A stretch of DNA of 64,000 nucleotides from Smithella sp. (GTDB taxonomy: Bacteria > Desulfobacterota > Syntrophia > Syntrophales > Smithellaceae). The stretch is from assembly GCA_035350895.1 (NCBI GenBank), contig DAOPVC010000002.1, positions 10,639 through 74,638 of the forward strand. Reading direction: 5' to 3'. Below the pieces are notes generated by a model. The model saw only the letters and a program-made list of their open reading frames with translations. It did not search any database and was not told the origin of the DNA. Both the position numbers and the translations under genes were made by a program. Shown in pieces: positions 57,099-64,000 of the stretch (positions are counted from its first letter, which is position 1; every line of letters begins with the position of its first letter).

Positions 57099-60000
57099 AT
57101 GATCGCCAAAATAATTGAATTCAGCGTCCGCAATAAATTCGCAGTCTTTCTCCTGATGGCTCTGGCCATTATGTGGGGTTACTGGGCCGTGAAAAACACG
57201 CCCCTCGATGCCCTTCCGGATTTGAGTGACACGCAGGTTATTATTTACACCGAATGGACAGGCCGCAGTCCTGATCTGGTGGAAGATCAGATCACCTACC
57301 CTATTTCTTCCACCTTGCTGGCCGCTCCGAAGGTTCAGGCGGTGCGCGGCTTTTCATTTTTAGGCAGTTCCTTTATCTACGTTATTTTTGAAGAAGGGAC
57401 GGATATCTATTGGGCCAGAAGCCGCATCCTGGAGTATCTCCAGGCCGTGAAGAACAAAATTCCTTCCGATGTCAATCCTGTTCTGGGTCCCGATGCGACG
57501 AGTCTTGGCTGGGGTTTTTCTTACGCCGTCGTCGATGAAACAGGCGGCCATGACCTTTCCGATCTGCGTTCCATGCAGGATTATAACATTAAGCTGGGAC
57601 TGGAAAGCGTCCCCGGTGTTTCACAGGTCGCGAGTATCGGCGGTTTTGTAAAGCAGTACCAGATAACCGTCGATCCAAACCGCCTTCTTGTCTACAATAT
57701 TCCCATTACGAAGGTCATGGAAGCTGTCAGAAAGAGCAACCAGGATGTGGAAGGACGCGTCTTGGAACTATCCGGCGTTGAATACATGATCCGGGGGCGG
57801 GGATACATCAAGGGGCTTCAGGATCTGGAGAGTATCGCCGTGGGCGCAAACCCCGGCGGAACGCCAATCTATCTAAAGGATGTGGCCCGTATCCAACTTG
57901 GACCGGAAATCCGCAGGGGGCTTGCAGATCTGGACGGCCGGGGAGAAGTTGCTGGCGGGATTGTGATTGTCCGGACAGGTGAAAATGTATTGAATGTGAT
58001 CGAGCGGGTTAAGGCAAAGATCAACCGAGACCTTGCCCCTAGTCTTCCTCAAGGCGTAAAAATTGTTACGACCTATGACCGTTCAGACCTGATCAAGCGA
58101 TCCATGTCTACCCTTAAAGAGGAGATTATCAAACTGATCATAGCGGTGAGCGTGGTTTGTCTGGTCTTTCTCTTTCACTTGCCCAGCGCTCTGGTGGTGA
58201 TCATCACACTGCCCATCGCCATTCTTATGGCCTTTATCAGCATGTATTATCTGGGTGTCACCTCCAATGTGATGAGTCTCTCCGGCATCGCTATCGCCAT
58301 CGGCGCCATGGTGGATGCTGCCATCATCATGGTGGAAAATTCTCACAAGAAGCTCGAAGAGTGGGAACATCAGGGGAAACCGGGAAACCGCGTGAATGTC
58401 ATTGTCGAAGCGGCCAAAGAAGTCGGTCCTTCTCTTTTCTTCTCTCTGCTGGTCATCACGGTGGGATTCCTTCCCGTGTTCACGCTCCAGGCGCAGGCAG
58501 GGAGGCTATTCAAGCCATTAGCCTATACCAAGACGTTCGCTATGCTCTTTTCATCCTTTCTTGCTATCACCCTGACGCCGGTTTTGATGACTCTTTTCAT
58601 TCGGGGTAAAGTTCGACCGGAAGAAAAAAACCCCATCAGCACTGTCCTGCACAAAATTTATGAACCCGTCGCCCGGCTTGCTTTGAGATTCAAAAAGACG
58701 GTTATCGTTGCCGCCGTCATCATTATGATCCTGACTATTTACCCGTTTATGAAACTCGGTGCGGAATTTATGCCTCCTCTTTACGAAGGGTCGCTCTTTT
58801 ATATGCCGGTGACCATGCCCGGAGCATCTATTTCCGAAGTATCTTCTTTGCTGCAGATTCAGGATAAAATCCTGAAAAAAATCCCGGAAGTCGCCCAGGT
58901 TTTCGGCAAGGCGGGACGGGCGGAGACGGCCACAGACCCGGCTCCCCTGGAAATGTTCGAGACGGTAATCAACCTGAAGCCGGAATCCCAGTGGCGGCCG
59001 GGAATGACGGTGGAAAAACTAAAAGACGAGATGAACGATGCGTTATCCATTCCGGGCGTGGCCAATTCCTTCACGATGCCGATCAAGGCGCGCATTGACA
59101 TGCTGGCTACAGGAATAAGAACGCCTGTCGGGATCAAGGTGCTTGGGCCAAACCTCGAAGAAGTTGAAAAGATCGGCTTGGCCCTGGAGCATCATTTAAA
59201 AGATATCCCCGGTACACGAAGCGTCTATGCGGAGCGCGTGACAACGGGTTACTTTCTGGATATCGCCATAAAGCGTGATGAGGCGGCAAGATATGGTCTT
59301 ACCGTGGACGACGTGAGCGAGGTGATTCAGACGGCCATCGGTGGCATGAATCTGACGGTGACCGTTGAAGGACGGGCTCGCTATCCTGTCAACATCCGCT
59401 ATCCCCGAAATTTGCGCAACGATGTGGAGCAGCTCAAACGGGTTCTGATTCCGGTCATGATGTCCAATAATGCTAATCCGGCTTTGCCTGTTACAGGAGA
59501 AATGGCGGCAACGCCGCAGGTTACGCAGATCCCCCTGGGCGAGGTGGCGGATTTAAAGATCGTTAAGGGGCCAACAGCCATCAAAAGCGAAGAAGGACTT
59601 CTTAGCGCTTATGTCTTCATTGACTTTGCCGGACGTGATATGGGTGGCTATGTGGCGGAGGCCAGGCAAAAAGCATCGACGCTGAAAATCCCCGAAGGCT
59701 ATCGGCTTATCTGGAGCGGGGAATATGAGAATCTGACAAAGACCCATGAACGTCTGAAGATGGTCATTCCGCTGACCCTTTTCATCATCTTTATTCTTCT
59801 TTACCTGAATACGAGATCAACGGTCAAAACAATGATTGTGCTTCTTGCTGTTCCCTTTTCTCTCGTCGGTTCTTTCTGGCTTCTCTACATTCTCAATTAC
59901 AACATGAGCATTGCCGTATGGGTGGGCATCATCGCCCTTGCGGGGCTCGATGCGGAGACCGGTGTGGTGATGCTTCTCTATCTTGACCTTGCCTATGAGA

Positions 60001-60275
60001 AGTGGAAAAAAGTTGGAAAAATGGCAACTGCTTCCGATTTGAAGGAGGCCATCACGTATGGCGCCGTGAAGAGAATCCGTCCCAAGATCATGACGGTGAG
60101 TGTTATTCTGGCGGGTCTGATTCCGATTATGTTCAGCCACGGCACCGGCGCCGACGTCATGAAGCGGATTGCCGCCCCCATGGTTGGCGGTGTTATTACT
60201 TCCACTATTTTAGAGTTGATAATTTATCCGGCTATATATATGATCTGGCGCGGTCGGGGCTTAGCGAAAGATTAA
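57099..60275 (+). CDS. cusA: CusA/CzcA-family heavy-metal efflux RND transporter
   Basis: 1058 aa, 12-TM RND architecture. AIGGMNLTVTVEGRARYPVNIRYPR is a CusA-like block. Confidence 0.9.
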   Translation: MIAKIIEFSVRNKFAVFLLMALAIMWGYWAVKNTPLDALPDLSDTQVIIYTEWTGRSPDLVEDQITYPISSTLLAAPKVQAVRGFSFLGSSFIYVIFEEGTDIYWARSRILEYLQAVKNKIPSDVNPVLGPDATSLGWGFSYAVVDETGGHDLSDLRSMQDYNIKLGLESVPGVSQVASIGGFVKQYQITVDPNRLLVYNIPITKVMEAVRKSNQDVEGRVLELSGVEYMIRGRGYIKGLQDLESIAVGANPGGTPIYLKDVARIQLGPEIRRGLADLDGRGEVAGGIVIVRTGENVLNVIERVKAKINRDLAPSLPQGVKIVTTYDRSDLIKRSMSTLKEEIIKLIIAVSVVCLVFLFHLPSALVVIITLPIAILMAFISMYYLGVTSNVMSLSGIAIAIGAMVDAAIIMVENSHKKLEEWEHQGKPGNRVNVIVEAAKEVGPSLFFSLLVITVGFLPVFTLQAQAGRLFKPLAYTKTFAMLFSSFLAITLTPVLMTLFIRGKVRPEEKNPISTVLHKIYEPVARLALRFKKTVIVAAVIIMILTIYPFMKLGAEFMPPLYEGSLFYMPVTMPGASISEVSSLLQIQDKILKKIPEVAQVFGKAGRAETATDPAPLEMFETVINLKPESQWRPGMTVEKLKDEMNDALSIPGVANSFTMPIKARIDMLATGIRTPVGIKVLGPNLEEVEKIGLALEHHLKDIPGTRSVYAERVTTGYFLDIAIKRDEAARYGLTVDDVSEVIQTAIGGMNLTVTVEGRARYPVNIRYPRNLRNDVEQLKRVLIPVMMSNNANPALPVTGEMAATPQVTQIPLGEVADLKIVKGPTAIKSEEGLLSAYVFIDFAGRDMGGYVAEARQKASTLKIPEGYRLIWSGEYENLTKTHERLKMVIPLTLFIIFILLYLNTRSTVKTMIVLLAVPFSLVGSFWLLYILNYNMSIAVWVGIIALAGLDAETGVVMLLYLDLAYEKWKKVGKMATASDLKEAITYGAVKRIRPKIMTVSVILAGLIPIMFSHGTGADVMKRIAAPMVGGVITSTILELIIYPAIYMIWRGRGLAKD

Positions 60276-60330
60276 AAATTTATACGACTAATTATTTTCA
60301 TTAATACAATAAGGGATTAAAATCATTTTC

Positions 60331-61383
60331 ATGAAATCATGCCCCATAAGTAAATTCGCGTTTGTCCTTAATCCGTTCAATATCGAGAACATTCATGATT
60401 ATTGCCGTATATCAAACCTTGCGCCTCAATCGTTGATAAAAGTAGTTCTAAGGGGCCTGCCGCCTTTTAAAATTCACAGGGCAAAAAACCTGCGTTCCGC
60501 CGCAGGCGCTGAAACGGAAGGATCCTTCATTGTCTGCCCGCTGCTGTCCAAACAGGTGCTGACCATGAATGAAGACGCCGTTTTAAATAAAATTCTGAAA
60601 GCGGTGCGGATCGGGGAACGAAGTGGAGCGAAGGTTGTCGGGCTGGGAGCCTTGATGGGTGTTGCCGGAAAAGGAGGGCAAAGGATTGCGGAGCAAACGC
60701 CCGTGGCGATCACGACGGGTTCGAGCCTGGCCTCGGCAGCCATTCTGGAGACGCTGGACAGAGCGGCCGATTTACGTCACGTTGACCTCTCCAAGGCAAA
60801 AGTAGCCATCGTCGGCGCGACCAACGCCATCGGTCAGAATTGCGCACTGGGATTTCTCAACAGGGTGGATACGGTTTTTCTGCTGGCCAGGAATGCCGAC
60901 CGACTCGCGGAGCTGAAGGAATTTCTCAACGCTCAAAAATCAACAACAAACATTATTGATCAAAGCCCTGCGTTGGAGGATGTTATCACGGAAGCCGATC
61001 TTATCATTTTCACCACGTCCGCCATCGAGGTGCCTTCCGTAGCAACAGCCAAGAATCTTAAAAAAGGGGCGATTATCTGTGACATCCCCTCTCCGCGTAA
61101 CATCGCCCGAGAAATCTGCGATCAGCGTAAAGACATTCTTGTTATTGACGGCGCCGTGATCGAACCGCCGCCGACCGCGCAACTTGGCTTAAAACTGCCG
61201 ATCCAAGACGGATATATTTACGCCTGCATGGCGGAAACCATGATCCTCGCTTTTGAAGGCCAGACGCAGGATGATTTTTCCACAGGCTTCAAACCGGATT
61301 TGCATAAGGTTGCCCGGATCAAAGCGCTTGCTGCAAAGCACGGCTTCAAAATCAAATTCACCAGCTTCGGCGTGCCGGTTTAA
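60331..61383 (+). CDS. acyl-ACP reductase (AAR)-like / shikimate-dehydrogenase-like NAD(P)-binding oxidoreductase
   Basis: VAIVGATNAIGQ Rossmann motif. YACMAETMILAFEG resembles the Cys-containing FACFAEAMLLEFEG block of cyanobacterial AAR. C-terminal KHGF. Confidence 0.6.
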   Translation: MKSCPISKFAFVLNPFNIENIHDYCRISNLAPQSLIKVVLRGLPPFKIHRAKNLRSAAGAETEGSFIVCPLLSKQVLTMNEDAVLNKILKAVRIGERSGAKVVGLGALMGVAGKGGQRIAEQTPVAITTGSSLASAAILETLDRAADLRHVDLSKAKVAIVGATNAIGQNCALGFLNRVDTVFLLARNADRLAELKEFLNAQKSTTNIIDQSPALEDVITEADLIIFTTSAIEVPSVATAKNLKKGAIICDIPSPRNIAREICDQRKDILVIDGAVIEPPPTAQLGLKLPIQDGYIYACMAETMILAFEGQTQDDFSTGFKPDLHKVARIKALAAKHGFKIKFTSFGVPV

Positions 61384-61427
61384 AATATTGATAAACATTT
61401 ATTTTCACATTCATATGCGATATTTCA

Positions 61428-61456
61428 TTGACATACCATATTGCAATACCTATAAT
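61428..61456 (+). promoter_or_regulatory. full-consensus sigma70 promoter TTGACA-N17-TATAAT
   Basis: Hexamers at 61428-61433 and 61451-61456 with exactly 17 nt between them. Upstream of the V-ATPase genes. Confidence 0.7.
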
Positions 61457-61590
61457 ATAAATAAGTAAAAATCATTGATTATCAAGCAAGCATAAGGGCA
61501 TGCTCCATCACGGGAGTTTTGTCTTCAAATGTTTTCAACCTGTACGTAAAAACTTTTAACAACCAATATATCAAGACATGGGTGGCCAGT

Positions 61591-61899
61591 ATGGATGATG
61601 TAATCACCCGGATTGTCGATATTGAAAAGCAGTGTGCTGCTGATGTAGAAGCAACACAGCTTGAGTACGGGAAAAACATTGAAGCACACAAACGCTTTCT
61701 CGAAGCAAGAAAGACCGGAGAACGCGCCGAGATTTTATCCGCAGAAAACACCAGACAGTCTCAAGCCGTAGAAGACGCAAAACGAAACATAGAGGCCTTA
61801 TCTGCAGATTTTATTACGGATATTGAAAATCATTTCCGAGATCAGGACCTGAACGAGGCGATAAAAAAAGAAATAGTTTCCATCTTACTTGGAGGCTAG
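61591..61899 (+). CDS. V/A-type ATPase small coiled-coil stalk subunit (G/H-like)
   Basis: 102-aa charged helical protein directly preceding the subunit C and I genes. Start uncertain: the track ORF opens at TTG 61519. Confidence 0.55.
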   Translation: MDDVITRIVDIEKQCAADVEATQLEYGKNIEAHKRFLEARKTGERAEILSAENTRQSQAVEDAKRNIEALSADFITDIENHFRDQDLNEAIKKEIVSILLGG

Positions 61900-61905
61900 G
61901 CGGTC

Positions 61906-62856
61906 ATGAGAAATTACGCCGATCAGGCTAATCTTCACGCCCGTATTTATGCCATGAAGGGGCGGCTCCTCTCCCTGCGGGACTATGCCGTAATGGCCAG
62001 AGAACAACGGACGTTCGCACCAAAGTCATCAAGCGTTCAGGATCTGATTGATGCAAAAGAGAATCTTTTTAGGGAACAGATAGCACCCGTTATTGCACTG
62101 GTTGAAGCATACGACAAATACACTCCGGTATTTCTTGCTTATCTCCGTCAATTTGAAACGCATAACGCAAAGGTTCTTCTGGCAAAGGCGGCAGGAAAGG
62201 ACATCCTGGAACAATGGTATGATATCAGCCCTTTCGCTTCCCTGGATAGAAGTCTGTTGACCAAGAATCTATCAACGGATGATGTCACGTCACTTCTTAC
62301 AAATACCTATCTTGGAAACGACTTCAAGCCCGCTTCCAGTTACCGGCGAATGCAGATGAATTTAGATATCAGTTCCGCGAGAAATATCTATAACGCCTCA
62401 TCTTTAATTTCCGACCAGGCCAGAAAAGAATTTCAGGAAATGATCCTGAAAAGAATTGCGGTACAAATGGTGATCTGGTCATACCGGCTTCGCGTTTACT
62501 ATCACTGGAGCGAGAAGGATACCCGGCTTTATTTTGAAAAAATAAACGACCGCTTAAACATCCGTGCGGAATCGCAAATCCATTCCATCGAAGAGGATTT
62601 AAATCAGCATATTGAAACGTTGCGTAAAAGCAGCGGGCAGGAGCCGTCTGTTGTTGATATTGAACAGCATCTTGAGCAGATTTATTACCTGTGGCTTTCA
62701 TCAATATTTTATCGAGACTTTCACTCGATTTACTGTGTCATTGCTTATTTATGGTTACTCCTTATTCAGATAAAAAATCTGTTTCGTATTATCGACGGCC
62801 GGCGTTTCGGTTTTTCAGCCGATGCGATACTCAGTAAAATACTATGTAAAGAGTAA
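61906..62856 (+). CDS. V/A-type ATPase subunit C (V0 d-like)
   Basis: N-terminus ANLHARIYAMKGRLLSLRDY and C-terminus IKNLFRIIDGRRFGFSADAIL are characteristic. 316 aa. Confidence 0.75.
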   Translation: MRNYADQANLHARIYAMKGRLLSLRDYAVMAREQRTFAPKSSSVQDLIDAKENLFREQIAPVIALVEAYDKYTPVFLAYLRQFETHNAKVLLAKAAGKDILEQWYDISPFASLDRSLLTKNLSTDDVTSLLTNTYLGNDFKPASSYRRMQMNLDISSARNIYNASSLISDQARKEFQEMILKRIAVQMVIWSYRLRVYYHWSEKDTRLYFEKINDRLNIRAESQIHSIEEDLNQHIETLRKSSGQEPSVVDIEQHLEQIYYLWLSSIFYRDFHSIYCVIAYLWLLLIQIKNLFRIIDGRRFGFSADAILSKILCKE

Positions 62857-62865
62857 TTAAAAGAA

Positions 62866-64000
62866 ATGTTTCTCAAATCTGACATACGTCGCATTACAAT
62901 CGCTTTGGAAAAAGCCTATTATTCGGACGTATACCTTGCATTGGGTCAGGCAGGCATTATTCATCTGGCGCGTTTTTCAGAGAAGGATTCCGGGGCGGAC
63001 ACCGGACTTCAGAAAGAAGAAGCATTAACCAGAGAAATTATTTCGAACACCGAATACGCGTTGACTACACTCATGATTGCCCCGGAGGAATCCGGGATAT
63101 TTATGCCGGCTGTCGATAAGAGCGGGGATTTGATTTTTGTTTCCCGGACAAAAAAAATCATTGAACGGTCCGTGCGACTCAGGGCGAAGATCCGAGAAAA
63201 GGAAAACGTTATCATTCGACAGATGGAGTACGCTGAAGCATTGAGTAAGATGGCCATCGATCCTGTCGCGATAAAAAAGGCCAGGCTCGTTAAAATTCTT
63301 TTCGGCACGGTGGAAAATATGATGGGTGATGTTCCACCGAACAGTCGTTTTATATTAAGCAAGATTAACAATTATATTTTCGGTATTTGCTTACCTGATG
63401 ATTATCCTGCCCTGCTCCGTTTTTTAAAAAACTATGGGTTTACAGATTTATCAGATGATGTAACTCCTGTTTCTTTGGAAAGCTTAAAAAAGCGGCGGGA
63501 AAGTCTGACACGGCGTCGCGACATGATTGATGCATATCTTGATCGACTGAAGAAAGAACAAGGCTGCCGGCTTCAAGATCTGAATAAATCTTATCATAAC
63601 TACGCGGAAATACTCCAAGCGATGCGGATGTCGCTATTTTCAGCGAAGGCAATGTTTATCACCGGTTGGATGGACATAAGAAACAGACAGCAACTTTTAA
63701 AAATTATGGAAAAGATTTGCGGCAATAGATTTATTTTCTCCGAGCGTAAAGATCCGGATGCGCCTGTTCAACTGATGAATATGAAACTTTTTAAGCCGTT
63801 CGAACTGATAGTGAAAACAATGGGTATTCCGTCTAATAAAGAAATTGATCCGACGCCGCTGACCGCCATAACTTTTGTGCTGATGTTCGGCCTGATGTTT
63901 GGTGATCTGGGTCAGGGATTCGTGCTCATGCTTTTCGGTATAATGCTGAAAAAGTATGGTCAAAGAAAAATAAAAGAAAATCTGAAACAAGCTGGAGGCA
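62866..64000 (+). CDS. V/A-type ATPase subunit I (a-like), 5' partial, runs off the window
   Basis: My own translation from the ATG at 62866 stays open to the window end. FKPFELIVKTMGIPSNKEIDPTPLTAITFVLMFGLMFGDLGQG is the hallmark cytoplasmic-to-membrane junction. Absent from the ORF track because no stop is reached. Confidence 0.8.
   Translation, partial: MFLKSDIRRITIALEKAYYSDVYLALGQAGIIHLARFSEKDSGADTGLQKEEALTREIISNTEYALTTLMIAPEESGIFMPAVDKSGDLIFVSRTKKIIERSVRLRAKIREKENVIIRQMEYAEALSKMAIDPVAIKKARLVKILFGTVENMMGDVPPNSRFILSKINNYIFGICLPDDYPALLRFLKNYGFTDLSDDVTPVSLESLKKRRESLTRRRDMIDAYLDRLKKEQGCRLQDLNKSYHNYAEILQAMRMSLFSAKAMFITGWMDIRNRQQLLKIMEKICGNRFIFSERKDPDAPVQLMNMKLFKPFELIVKTMGIPSNKEIDPTPLTAITFVLMFGLMFGDLGQGFVLMLFGIMLKKYGQRKIKENLKQAGG

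Overview
64-kb chromosomal window with about 65 credible protein-coding genes. I found no rRNA, tRNA, CRISPR array, transposase or integrase. All product calls come from motifs read directly in the translations; no database search was possible.

Gene content suggests an anaerobic, possibly Desulfobacterota-like genome. This is inference from NifU/NifS, superoxide reductase, rubrerythrin-like proteins, ferredoxin-fused EtfAB, sigma54 promoters and a V-type ATPase.

Layout:
- 0.1-2 kb: MacB-type ABC exporter.
- 3-5 kb: sigma54-driven envelope-stress trio (Spy/ZraP-like protein, W/R/Y-rich secreted protein, Lys/Ala/Glu-repeat lipoprotein).
- 5-11 kb: CoA-transferase, ABM monooxygenase, peroxiredoxin, aldehyde dehydrogenase, methyltransferase, PabB-like enzyme.
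- 12-16 kb: a very large PAS/GAF/GGDEF sensor whose membrane module is cut off by one in-frame TAG.
- 16-20 kb: yjgR-like ATPase, then sigma54-dependent amtB-glnK.
- 20-31 kb: a co-directional sulfur and Fe-S supercluster (Rrf2 regulator, mnmA, nadA, metY, cysK, metX, metW, nifU, nifS, cysE, fdhD, MOSC).
- 31-54 kb: a stress/redox island (wrbA, ferritin, cupin, DUF488-etfBA, uspA plus a two-component system, SOR-fold proteins, YtxH, VOC, ThDP enzyme, FNR-like reductase, SRPBCC, rubrerythrin-like protein, acyl-CoA dehydrogenase fused to a rubredoxin module).
- 54-60 kb: FixH-like protein plus cusCBA.
- 60-64 kb: an acyl-ACP-reductase-like gene and the start of a V-type ATPase operon.

Most unusual signals:
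1. An approximately 80-nt promoter-like cassette sits in front of nearly every transcription unit of the 31-54 kb island. It runs palindrome GGTAGG-N5-CCTACC, then invariant ATTAATCAGTATTGTTTT, then a 17-nt variable spacer, then TAATTT. There are four near-identical copies and five to six degenerate ones, all on the + strand. This looks like a dedicated, unassigned regulon.
2. A second modular hairpin repeat family has the head AATCACGGGTATGAAC and units ending in GATAATTCGAC. It fills intergenic spaces and touches ORF ends.
3. A rubrerythrin-type rubredoxin module appears on three different partners, including a recent local duplication.
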